NCBI GenBank assembly: GCA_024720975.1
Contig: JANJXX010000007.1
Location: forward strand, 448 to 58,117
Reading direction: 5' to 3'
Source: Thermoproteota archaeon
GTDB taxonomy: Archaea > Asgardarchaeota > Njordarchaeia > Njordarchaeales > Panguiarchaeaceae
DNA: 57,670 bases
The notes under the pieces were generated by a model. That model was given only the letters and a program-made list of their open reading frames with translations, did not search any database and had not been told where the DNA came from. Below, piece by piece: positions 27,355 to 37,095 of this stretch. Positions within the stretch are counted from its first letter, which is position 1. Each line of letters opens with the position of its first letter. The translations under genes were made by a program, and so were the position numbers.

Positions 27355-27660
27355 ATTATAGTTATGTATGTTAACACACTCTTTATCCGTTCGTACGTTC
27401 AGCCTAGTCGAGATGAACTTCACAAATGCGAGATAATTGTCCGTTGTTGTACCCCAAACGGATCGACTTAATTCATGCAAACAAGCGCAATGCGCCTGAC
27501 AGACCTAGGATTTATTTAAATTCCTGTGATTGATTCTAACCTTCATGTGCGAGTTAATTTAGAAACTAGCGGAAGATTCTAATGAATCCAACCTAAGGAA
27601 TATGGTTCCTTAAATATTTTATTAAAACGAATAGTCAGAGAAAAGTAAAAGGCGTAATCT

Positions 27661-28413
27661 ATGGATATTGATTTGTTGCATTTTAATAGTGAGATTATAT
27701 CACTCAATCCGCCACAAGTAAGGTTGTGGATACACCGTACTAAGAAGTTCTTACTGGAGGTAGCAAAATCTTTTAATATTCCGACGTCTATATTATACGA
27801 TGCCATCAATGACTCAGTGCAGATGGTTCTAAATTTCATCCCCAGGAAGATCGATTTGGGTGCCTCGCTGTATGATCTAGCCCTAGCAGCTTTTTGGGAT
27901 AGATTAACGAGCTACGGTATCATGGAGATTTCTATCCACAAGCTAATAAAAATAGCAAAAATTAAGCTAAAACATAAAGTGACTCATGGAAAGGTTCTCA
28001 GAGTATTAGCCTTCTTGAAGGAATCCCGCAATGATATCATGAATTTTAATGAGAGAGTCCAATTCTATGTGAAGCAGATAGTAAATAGATACTTTGAGCA
28101 ACGGAATCTTAAGTTGGAGTCACAAGGGATAAATACAGCAAAAGTGAGGGATAACTTGATTTCAATAGTACTTAGAATTCTTGATAGATTATTCGAAGTA
28201 GGAGAAGTAGAGGGTTCTCCAAAAGTTTTGGCTGGAGCTATACTATATCTAACAAGCAGGCTCTGCCGCAAAGTTATGCCCATAACTATGTCATCAAGCG
28301 TTATTGAGAGTCTCACAGGAATAAATAGATTCACGATTCTGAGGCGTTATAAACAGATCCTTAGCGTATTAGCGAAGGGTATTTTCATAAACGAAGTATG
28401 TTCCTTAGAATAG
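27661..28413 (+). CDS. Divergent TFB/TFIIB-like cyclin-repeat protein lacking the Zn ribbon
   Basis: EGSPKVLAGAILYLTSRL and IESLTGINRFTILRRYKQI match the TFIIB second cyclin repeat and HTH. Confidence 0.65.
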   Translation: MDIDLLHFNSEIISLNPPQVRLWIHRTKKFLLEVAKSFNIPTSILYDAINDSVQMVLNFIPRKIDLGASLYDLALAAFWDRLTSYGIMEISIHKLIKIAKIKLKHKVTHGKVLRVLAFLKESRNDIMNFNERVQFYVKQIVNRYFEQRNLKLESQGINTAKVRDNLISIVLRILDRLFEVGEVEGSPKVLAGAILYLTSRLCRKVMPITMSSSVIESLTGINRFTILRRYKQILSVLAKGIFINEVCSLE

Positions 28414-28428
28414 TAAAGCCAGGCTAAG

Positions 28429-29997
28429 ATGCCAGAAAACATAAACTCGTATGAGTATAACTTTCTCTTCTCTCGTTATAGGATCGAGGGAAATAAGTAC
28501 ACGTGTACATTCGACGATAGCTATTACAAAAAATTCAGCTTGATTTATACTCCATTACTTGGTAAATTAACCGACGACAGATGCAGGTTATTACTGAATG
28601 AAGATACCGTAATAAGAGCTCTCAGGTCATTTATTACTCGGTACAAGGAACACTTTACTAAAGGACTACCAATAGAACCTGCGGAGGCTGAAGAATATGT
28701 AGCTCTTCACGTAATTCTTAAGCTTCTCGGCGTTGAGGAACTTTTTCATATGCTCCTTGATCCATATGTAAATGAAATTTACATAGATGGAGCGTTCAAA
28801 GCAATATACTTAGATCACGCTGTTTTAGGGCGTCTCAAGTCAGAAATAATATTATCAAAGGAGCAAATAAAGAATTTTTTACTGTATGTTAAACTAAGAT
28901 CCAATCTAGTTTTAGACTTCTCAGTCAATCCGGTCAGATTTGACATCAGCTTCTTTAAACAAAGATTGAGAATAAGCGTCATGCCTCAAAAAGTAGAGGA
29001 TGATCTTGCAGTAAATATTAGAAAGCTTATTGCTGTTCCTCCATATATTTCCTTCATTCATGACGCCGTCTCTCGATATTACATTGCTTTGCTATCGACC
29101 TTACTAATTATGAGACCTAACATTGTTATTTTCGGCGAAACAGGTTCGGGAAAAACAACACTTGCTAGCCTATTGATCCATGTAGCTCCCAGGTATTGGA
29201 GGATAGCACTAATAGAGGACATATCAGAAATACAACCCCAAATATTACAAAATAAGCATGCTATAAGAGTGAAAGCTCTCTCTTTAGAAGAAAAAGCTTC
29301 AGGAGTTGATGGGTTGAGAAAAGACATTGCCATACTTGAGATGTTACACAGAACGCCTGATCTGTGTTTTATAAGTGAAGTGCATGATAAAGACGATACT
29401 AAAGCAATGTTTCATGCAATGGCATCAGGTTTAAGGACCATTGCTACTACACATGCAAGGAGCATAGAGAGCCTCCTCGAGCGATGGTTTTCAATTTATA
29501 GGTTTCCGCAATCCTGGTTTCAATTAATTGATTTGATCGTACATTTAAGGCGTGTACTGCGCGAAGATAGAATCACTAGGCTAATAGACGCTATATATAT
29601 ACCATATAACAATTCTGGCTTAGGCAATGTAGCTGAATCGGTCCTAGAGAAAATGCAAAGCATAGTTGATTTTTCTCCACTGAGAATTAAAAACTTGCAC
29701 ATCATAAGGATAAGATTCACTCAAGTAAAAGATGCAATTGAGTGTCATGCGGATTTCGTGAGATTTATAGCCAATATTTTAAGGACAAAATCTCATGATT
29801 TAGAACTGTCCATAGATATGAACTTAGATAAGATACTGCCGCAAACTTTCAAAGAAGTAGCTACTAAATTAAACAACTTTGCAGAATTTTTAAGGCCAAT
29901 CGCTATGGGTAGTTCAGATTTTCTCATGCAGGAAACTATTCAAGTTATTCAGCAGTGGATAGAGGAGATAACTAGAATTCTCGAAGTTTGTAACTAA
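28429..29997 (+). CDS. Type II/IV secretion/pilus-type ATPase (CpaF/VirB11 family)
   Basis: LLDPYVNEIYIDG, VNIRK, GETGSGKTT, IEDISEI, LHRTPD.CFISEV, TTHA. Confidence 0.82.
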   Translation: MPENINSYEYNFLFSRYRIEGNKYTCTFDDSYYKKFSLIYTPLLGKLTDDRCRLLLNEDTVIRALRSFITRYKEHFTKGLPIEPAEAEEYVALHVILKLLGVEELFHMLLDPYVNEIYIDGAFKAIYLDHAVLGRLKSEIILSKEQIKNFLLYVKLRSNLVLDFSVNPVRFDISFFKQRLRISVMPQKVEDDLAVNIRKLIAVPPYISFIHDAVSRYYIALLSTLLIMRPNIVIFGETGSGKTTLASLLIHVAPRYWRIALIEDISEIQPQILQNKHAIRVKALSLEEKASGVDGLRKDIAILEMLHRTPDLCFISEVHDKDDTKAMFHAMASGLRTIATTHARSIESLLERWFSIYRFPQSWFQLIDLIVHLRRVLREDRITRLIDAIYIPYNNSGLGNVAESVLEKMQSIVDFSPLRIKNLHIIRIRFTQVKDAIECHADFVRFIANILRTKSHDLELSIDMNLDKILPQTFKEVATKLNNFAEFLRPIAMGSSDFLMQETIQVIQQWIEEITRILEVCN

Positions 29998-30088
29998 CAC
30001 TCACTGTGCGTCAATATGACGAATTTGTGTATTTAAAAAGTATTATTCTGTAATGTTATCTAGTCGGTAAGCAAATGGGTGACTGAAA

Positions 30089-31405
30089 GTGTCAAGAGCG
30101 CAAAAGAAGCCACACATAAATCTAGTGGTAATAGGTCATGTCGACCACGGAAAATCAACAATGATGGGTCACTTTCTATATCTGATGGGAGTTGTTGATG
30201 AAAGAGTGATTGAAAAATATCGCAAGGAAGCCGCGGAATTAGGCAGAGAATCCTGGGCATACGCATGGATCCTTGATACGCTAAAGGAAGAACGTGAGAG
30301 AGGTTTAACAATAGATCCAACATATACAAAATTCGAAACAGATAAATATTACTTCACGCTAATTGACTGTCCTGGTCATAGAGACTTCATCAAGAATATG
30401 ATATCCGGTACATCTCAAGCGGACGCTGCAATACTTGTAGTTTCTGCAAAGCCTAATGAATTTGAAGCGGGATTTAGCAGAGGTGGACAAACTCGCGAGC
30501 ATGCCATTCTCGCGAGGATTCTGGGTATAAGGAACATGATAGTATGCGTGAACAAGATGGATGCCGTAGATTACAAGAAAGAGGCTTATGATTACATCAA
30601 GAGCGAGCTTAGTAAATTCCTTAAGCAGATAGGATTTAACGTAGATAAAATCCCATTCGTTCCAGTAAGTGGTCTAAAAGGTGATAATCTAACTGTGCGA
30701 TCCAACAACATGCCTTGGTATACCGGTCCGTCGTTAAAAGAAGCCCTGGACATATATGTTGAACCACCGCCTCAACCCATTGATAAACCTTTACGAATAC
30801 CTATAGGAAAAGTCGTCAAGATTACCGGAGTAGGCACAGTTGCAACAGGGAGAGTTGCCACGGGAGTCTTAAAGCCCGGAGATAAAATAGTGATTAATCC
30901 GCCCGAGATAAAGACAATAGCATCCTCAATCGAAATGCATCATGAAAAACTAGAGGCGGCTTATCCAGGCGACAACATTGGCATCAATCTAAAGGGTGTT
31001 GCTGTTACAGATATAAAGAGAGGTGACGTCATAGGACACGAAACAAATCCACCTACAGTAGTAGGACCAGGAATCGCTAGGGCCCTAGCTAGGATCTCCA
31101 TTGTGTGGCATCCAACATCGATAGCTGCTGGTTATACTCCAGTCCTCCATGCTCACACCCTGCAAATGGCTGTAAGATTTGTTAAGCTCAAAGCAAAATA
31201 TGACGCCAGCGGCGCGAAAATAGAAGACGACCCCGCCTTCATAAAGAGTGGCGACACAGCAGATGTTATCATAGAGCCAATAAAGAAATGTGTTCTGGAG
31301 AAAGCAGCTGATATCCCGCAATTAGGACGCTTTGCTATTAGAGATATGGGTCAGCTAGTAGCCGTGGGCGTAATCCAGAGCATCCTTCCTCCCGATGCTG
31401 AATAG
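30089..31405 (+). CDS. tuf: Elongation factor 1-alpha
   Basis: KPHINLVVIGHVDHGKST, ERERGLTID, DCPGHRDFIKNMI, NKMD, GRFAIRDMG. Confidence 0.97.
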   Translation: MSRAQKKPHINLVVIGHVDHGKSTMMGHFLYLMGVVDERVIEKYRKEAAELGRESWAYAWILDTLKEERERGLTIDPTYTKFETDKYYFTLIDCPGHRDFIKNMISGTSQADAAILVVSAKPNEFEAGFSRGGQTREHAILARILGIRNMIVCVNKMDAVDYKKEAYDYIKSELSKFLKQIGFNVDKIPFVPVSGLKGDNLTVRSNNMPWYTGPSLKEALDIYVEPPPQPIDKPLRIPIGKVVKITGVGTVATGRVATGVLKPGDKIVINPPEIKTIASSIEMHHEKLEAAYPGDNIGINLKGVAVTDIKRGDVIGHETNPPTVVGPGIARALARISIVWHPTSIAAGYTPVLHAHTLQMAVRFVKLKAKYDASGAKIEDDPAFIKSGDTADVIIEPIKKCVLEKAADIPQLGRFAIRDMGQLVAVGVIQSILPPDAE

Positions 31406-31596
31406 AGCACCGGAAATTTCACCTAATAATTAGATCGTACCTAATGAATAATAGATAGTCCTGCCCACAATTACTATTTTTGGTTCTGTTTATTGGCTCA
31501 TCACTGTATTTCTAATTAGCATCCGTAACTAGCTCGCCCCAATTGGGACCTACTAACTTCATAAATTTCTCAAATTATAGTTATTGGGTGATGCAA

Positions 31597-32934
31597 ATGT
31601 TAGTTCTGAATCCATCTTTTATTGTCACAATGGATAGGGAGTGCCGAATAATAAAGGATGGATTCATTGGAATAGAGGAGGGTAAGATCGTATATGTATC
31701 TAAAGAGAAACCTCAAGAATACGAAGAAATCATAAGACTTCCTAAAAGAGTTCTTCTTCCTGGATTTATAAATACTCACACACACGTGGCAATGACAATT
31801 CTAAGAGGTCTTAAGGATGATGTTAATCTTCAAAGATGGTTAATGGAGTATATACTACCCGTAGAGAAACTTCTCAAACCTAAGGACGTATACTATGGTG
31901 CTCTTTATGGAATAGCAGAAATGATAAAGAGCGGAACGACAACATTTATGGATATGTACTATCATGAGATTGAAGTAGCTAAAGCTGCCGCGGATGCAAA
32001 AATACGTAGTGTTCTGACATATGGATTAGCAGATGTATTCTTTAATACACTTCCAGAGGAGGAATTTAAGAAAGCCGAAAAATTCAAGGATGACTTATCA
32101 GCACTAGTGTCCTCTAGGGGACTAGATGATTTTCTATTCTTCGCCTACGGGCCGCACTCACCCTATGGGTGTACAAAAGAATTGCTTCAAATCGTAAGGG
32201 AAGCAGCAGATAGGGATAATTTCAGAATTCATATTCACTTGTCTGAGACCAAATCAGAAGTCGAGAATTCCGTTAGAACCTCGAATATGACTCCAATTGA
32301 ATATCTTGAATCAGTAGGATTTCTCAAAAGTGATGTAATGGCAGCTCATGTCGTTTGGCCGACGGATGGGGATATAGAAATACTCAAACATAGAGGGGTT
32401 CATGTACTTCACAATCCAACTTCAAACCTTAAACTAGCCTCTGGGGTTGCTCCTGTCCCCAAGTTTCTTGAGAAGGGAATAAATGTAGCACTAGCTACAG
32501 ATGGACCGGCATCTAACAATAGACTTGACATGTGGAAGGAAATTTCTTTAGCAGCTCTGATTCATAAGGGTATATCCAGGGACCCGGAGGTAATCTCGGC
32601 AAGAACTGCATTGCAAATGGCAACAATAAATGGTGCATATGCATTAGGATTAGAGAGGAAAATAGGCTCCTTAGAAGTGGGAAAGTATGCTGACTTTGTA
32701 GTAGTTAACTTAGAACGAGCCTTGGAAAGCGTGCCATTCCATGATGTATATTCAATGATAGTCTACGCATTAGACTCGCGATATATAGATTCAGTTTGGA
32801 TAAACGGTGAGTTAATGTACTCTCAAGAGAATGTCCTAAAAACAATAGATGTTCAGAAGTTGCGTGAAATCGTAAACGATATACGCATTAGACTGACTCA
32901 GGAGGCAGGTATAAAAACCCCAAGCGAAGTCTAA
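31597..32934 (+). CDS. mtaD: Amidohydrolase, MTA/SAH (5'-deoxyadenosine) deaminase family
   Basis: PGFINTHTH, PHSPY, HIHLSET, HNPTSNLKLASG, TDGPASNN. Confidence 0.82.
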   Translation: MLVLNPSFIVTMDRECRIIKDGFIGIEEGKIVYVSKEKPQEYEEIIRLPKRVLLPGFINTHTHVAMTILRGLKDDVNLQRWLMEYILPVEKLLKPKDVYYGALYGIAEMIKSGTTTFMDMYYHEIEVAKAAADAKIRSVLTYGLADVFFNTLPEEEFKKAEKFKDDLSALVSSRGLDDFLFFAYGPHSPYGCTKELLQIVREAADRDNFRIHIHLSETKSEVENSVRTSNMTPIEYLESVGFLKSDVMAAHVVWPTDGDIEILKHRGVHVLHNPTSNLKLASGVAPVPKFLEKGINVALATDGPASNNRLDMWKEISLAALIHKGISRDPEVISARTALQMATINGAYALGLERKIGSLEVGKYADFVVVNLERALESVPFHDVYSMIVYALDSRYIDSVWINGELMYSQENVLKTIDVQKLREIVNDIRIRLTQEAGIKTPSEV

Positions 32935-32941
32935 TTTCGCT

Positions 32942-34057
32942 CTAGACGTTTTCGAGCCATTGTTGGTAGCTGCGTTTAAGATCTTCCCATGATTCTTTAT
33001 TAATATACCCTTTTTCGAAGTTCCATTTCTGGAGTCTATACAGCGGGCGTAGAATTTCTGGATCTTTTTCCAATAATCTCCTCACGGGTTCAAGTTTTTG
33101 TATTAGTAGTTCAGCAATGGCATTTTTAAGATCCAGTGGGTGAATCTTACCTTCAAGAAAATCCTTCCCAAGTGCATCTAAGCTTCTGTACTCGACTGGC
33201 CCGCCATATTTTTCTGGTCTATCTATTCTCAAGCATTCGTTGTATGGGAATATTATGTAGGCAAGAATCGAGAATATAGGATTTTCATCAGGATTAGATG
33301 TTGTTGGTGGGCAGTAGGCTTTTTGGAGTTTTTTATTTATCGTTTCTGGCTTGTCGTGAACAGCGATATGGGTCTCGGGTTTTGAGGATGACATTTTCTC
33401 ACCGGCTTTTAGACCTAGAACCATCGGCAGATGTATGCAAATTGTCTTCTTTACTTTTTGCCTTAGTATCGAGGAAACCTCACCATGCAAAATGTCGCGT
33501 GCAAGCGCATGAATTTTTCGTTGATCTGTTCCTCCGATGGCCAAATTAACCTCTAGATGCACTATGTCTAGCACTTGCATAATTGGGTATAAAGATGCTG
33601 CTACGGAGATAGACTCAGTATGGCGTAGGATCATCTTTACTGCTCTTATAGCTCGGTGAACCGTGACAAAGCGAGCCAGTGTGAATAAGTCGTATATGTA
33701 ATCTTGCGATCCCTGAAACTCAGAACCTAGGATGTATTCAGAATTCACACCCAGAGCTCTTAGTACAGGTATCCAGTAGTTTACAGAAACGTCTTGGAGT
33801 AGTTCTAGAGGCCCCTTATCATTTAAATATGCATGATAGTCTGCTAAAAGAACTTTAGCTTTCCCAATTTTAGATATTTCTATAATCTTTAGAATCGTTG
33901 GGAAGTATCCTATATGGATAGGTCCACTCGGTTCGTAACCGCAATATGCTATGATCTTCTCTTTTTCCTGTAACAATCTCTCAAGATCTTCCATTGTTAA
34001 TACAAACTCCTCAAGCGGCTTTGCTACGTTATTTAGTATTATAGATTTTGCATCCAT
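32942..34057 (-). CDS. tyrS: Tyrosine--tRNA ligase
   Basis: YCGYEPSGPIHIG, LADYHAYLNDK, YPIMQVLD, GGTDQRK, KMSSS. Confidence 0.97.
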   Translation of the reverse strand: MDAKSIILNNVAKPLEEFVLTMEDLERLLQEKEKIIAYCGYEPSGPIHIGYFPTILKIIEISKIGKAKVLLADYHAYLNDKGPLELLQDVSVNYWIPVLRALGVNSEYILGSEFQGSQDYIYDLFTLARFVTVHRAIRAVKMILRHTESISVAASLYPIMQVLDIVHLEVNLAIGGTDQRKIHALARDILHGEVSSILRQKVKKTICIHLPMVLGLKAGEKMSSSKPETHIAVHDKPETINKKLQKAYCPPTTSNPDENPIFSILAYIIFPYNECLRIDRPEKYGGPVEYRSLDALGKDFLEGKIHPLDLKNAIAELLIQKLEPVRRLLEKDPEILRPLYRLQKWNFEKGYINKESWEDLKRSYQQWLENV

Positions 34058-34076
34058 GTGCTTTTCACCAGAATTC

Positions 34077-34754
34077 CTATAAGATGTATAAAAACATTAT
34101 GAAAACCGCAGTGGCAGTCAATACAGCTGAAATGCTAGTTACTTTTCTCAGTAAATGAGTATACGAGTATCCATATCCAGACAAGAATGCTGTTATTATC
34201 AAGAAGGGTGCATATGAGTACGCCGGCAGTGGATTTAGAGGGCTAGATACTCCGGCTGCTAATGTGAGGAGTAAACTAAACAGATGTCCAAAGCCAATAA
34301 ATATCATCGTATATCCAAGTATACTAAATGTGGTTCCGAAGGTTCCTCTTCCACCAATAATCAAAATGGTAATGTGAAATAGAATGGCTACCGAGATCCA
34401 AATAACACTTTGAAGAACTAGTGACATTAAGAAGATAGTTAGCATTACTCCTATAGACAAACTACTTGCCTTTAGATGAATCATATAGATTACCAGGTTT
34501 TTAAGGAATAAAGCCGCAGAGCATAGGGCAAGTACTAATAGTGGTCCTAGCGAATCAGGTGCTGCCGCGATGTGTTTCACCGCTATGATAGGATGCCTAA
34601 GCAGGTAATGAATTCTGTTTAATCTATCCTTAACAGTCAGAGTTGCTAATAGCTTCTCCCGGACAATAAATCGAAAGTCTAATCCGCAATAGGGACAGAA
34701 TAAGTAGGTAACAGGGACGTCATTTTTACATCTTGGGCATCTTACATAATCCAC
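34077..34754 (-). CDS. Zinc-ribbon + Yip1-family membrane protein
   Basis: CPRC...FCPYCG, PDSLGPL, GGRGTF..TFSILGY, about 5 TM helices. Confidence 0.75.
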   Translation of the reverse strand: MDYVRCPRCKNDVPVTYLFCPYCGLDFRFIVREKLLATLTVKDRLNRIHYLLRHPIIAVKHIAAAPDSLGPLLVLALCSAALFLKNLVIYMIHLKASSLSIGVMLTIFLMSLVLQSVIWISVAILFHITILIIGGRGTFGTTFSILGYTMIFIGFGHLFSLLLTLAAGVSSPLNPLPAYSYAPFLIITAFLSGYGYSYTHLLRKVTSISAVLTATAVFIMFLYIL

Positions 34755-34767
34755 TTAAATAACCTCC

Positions 34768-36996
34768 TTACGTGAGCTCATATGATTCGGTTCCTCCAAT
34801 AACTTGCACTGCTTGTTTTCGCATAGTTCTCTCAAACTCAGTGTAATAATTGATCAACTCCGGCGTTATGGAGGGTCTACTCCTCGCCAGGGCAATCTCA
34901 AAATCGCTCTTTGTTACTTTCGTCACTTCTAGGTTTGAACGCCTCAGTGCCGTCATAGCAGCTTCTCTACAGAGAGCTTCAATGTCAGCTCCTGAGAATC
35001 CCTTTGTTTTTTTGGCGAGCTCAACTAGATCGACGTCATCCGCTAAGGGCATTCCCCTAGTATGTACCTTAAATATATCTAGTCTTGCATTAAAATCTGG
35101 AGGTGGCACGTAAAGCAAGCGATCAATGCGTCCGGGTCTAAGGAGAGCGGGGTCAAGTAGATCAGGTCTGTTCGTCGCCGCTATTATAAAAACCTCTCTA
35201 CGACCAATTAATCCATCCATTTCTGTTAGAAGCTGTGCAATAACGCGTTCCGTCGCTCCGGAGTCTCCAGTATATAGACCCCGGCGGGGTGCTATTGAAT
35301 CGATTTCATCGAAGAATATTACTGCCGGTGCTACCTGCCTAGCCTTTGTGAATACTTCTCTGATTCTTCTTTCGCTTTCTCCGTACCATTTGCTGAGTAA
35401 TTCTGGGCCTCTGATTCCAATGAAGTTAGCTCTGCTTTCTGTTGCAACAGCTTTCGCTAGAAGAGTTTTTCCACACCCCGGTGGACCGTATAATAGTATA
35501 CCTTTTGGTGGGTCGATCCCCATTCTTTCAAAGACGTCTGGATATTTTAGAGGCCATTCTACCATTTCCTTCAAAGCTTGCTTAACATGATCTAAACCGC
35601 CTATATCATTCCATTTAATGCTTGGTATCTCTACAAGCACTTCACGTAGGGCAGACGGCCTAACTTCCTTCATTGCGTTTCTAAAGTCCTCTATTTTTAT
35701 CTCTAACTTTTTAAGAAGCTCTTGAGGGATTGGTTCGGGAGATTTTATATCTATGTTATGTTCTCTAATGAACCTTCTTAAGGAATGCATTGCCGCTTCT
35801 CTAACCAATGCAGCGAGGTCAGCCCCCACAAAACCATAAGTTTCGTGTGCCACTTTCTTTAAATCAACGTCGTCAGCTAATGGTGTGCCTCTGGTATGTA
35901 TTTTTAATATCTCATATCGACCCTGCTCATCAGGGACTCTGAACTCTATCTCTCTATCGAAGCGACCTGGCCGTCTTAATGCTGGATCAATTGCATCTAT
36001 TCGATTAGTGGCTGCAATCACTATTACGTTTTCTCGCGGTTGCAATCCATCCATGAGCGCAAGTAGTTGAGAGACAATTCTTTTTTCTACTTCTCCTATT
36101 ACTTCACTTCTTCTTGGTGCTATTGCATCTATCTCATCGATGAATATTATTGCAGGGGCATTCTTTCTAGCTTCATCGAAAATACGCCTTAGTCTCTCTT
36201 CGGACTCTCCATAAAACTTAGAAACTATAGCTGGGCCAGAGATTGATATAAAATATGCGTCAGTTTCATTTGCAATTGCTCTAGCCAGAAGTGTTTTTCC
36301 AGTGCCAGGAGGTCCATGGAACAATATACCTTTCGGAGGATCGAGATTTAATCGCTCAAATAGCTCTGGGTGTTTTAGAGGAAGCTCTATAAGTTCTCTC
36401 ACTTTTTCGATGGCATAGTCTAGGCCTCCGATATCCTCGTATCTAACCAGTTTTAATCGCATCTGTGATGGAGCTTCGCTAATAATCTCAATTTGAGTGT
36501 TCTCTGTTATAATTACAACACCCTTTGGTTCCGTATTTGTTACCGCAAAGGGAACTTTTTTGCCGAGAATCTCTAAGTAAACAAGATTGCCTTCGAGTAG
36601 GGGCGCATCGTTTAGCATCATCTTCACTTCGTCTGGGTTAATACTGACATACTTCAATACCATACCAGTAGTTTTTGGAGCTAGCTCAATCCGAATTGCG
36701 CTTGGTGGAGGATAATTTGGAATTCTTGACACAAGAACATAGCCACCAATCTTAACGCCAACGTTCTCTCTTAAATATTGATCCATCTTAACATAATAGG
36801 GATTTCCCTCGGGAATTTCTCTGTCTGGCCACACGTAAGCAGCCGCTGTTCCTCGCGGACCTTTTATTATTACTACCTCTCCTGTTGACACGCCAAGCTC
36901 GTTCATAACTATCTTTGAAGTCCTAATGCGCCACCTAGCCACATCCCTAGCTAGAGAGTCAAGCACTAACAGCTTGACATGTTTCTTTTCGGACAT
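34768..36996 (-). CDS. cdc48: CDC48/VCP AAA+ ATPase
   Basis: Two AAA modules ([16 protein letters not shown]), YEDIGGL, PSALRE, N-domain. Confidence 0.96.
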   Translation of the reverse strand: MSEKKHVKLLVLDSLARDVARWRIRTSKIVMNELGVSTGEVVIIKGPRGTAAAYVWPDREIPEGNPYYVKMDQYLRENVGVKIGGYVLVSRIPNYPPPSAIRIELAPKTTGMVLKYVSINPDEVKMMLNDAPLLEGNLVYLEILGKKVPFAVTNTEPKGVVIITENTQIEIISEAPSQMRLKLVRYEDIGGLDYAIEKVRELIELPLKHPELFERLNLDPPKGILFHGPPGTGKTLLARAIANETDAYFISISGPAIVSKFYGESEERLRRIFDEARKNAPAIIFIDEIDAIAPRRSEVIGEVEKRIVSQLLALMDGLQPRENVIVIAATNRIDAIDPALRRPGRFDREIEFRVPDEQGRYEILKIHTRGTPLADDVDLKKVAHETYGFVGADLAALVREAAMHSLRRFIREHNIDIKSPEPIPQELLKKLEIKIEDFRNAMKEVRPSALREVLVEIPSIKWNDIGGLDHVKQALKEMVEWPLKYPDVFERMGIDPPKGILLYGPPGCGKTLLAKAVATESRANFIGIRGPELLSKWYGESERRIREVFTKARQVAPAVIFFDEIDSIAPRRGLYTGDSGATERVIAQLLTEMDGLIGRREVFIIAATNRPDLLDPALLRPGRIDRLLYVPPPDFNARLDIFKVHTRGMPLADDVDLVELAKKTKGFSGADIEALCREAAMTALRRSNLEVTKVTKSDFEIALARSRPSITPELINYYTEFERTMRKQAVQVIGGTESYELT

Positions 36997-37095
36997 CGCA
37001 CTTCACTAAGACTGATTAACATTATTATTTATAGATTTCTAACCCCTACGTTAATAAGACGTGATTTTGAAAAATTTTAAGGGCAACTAGTACCG

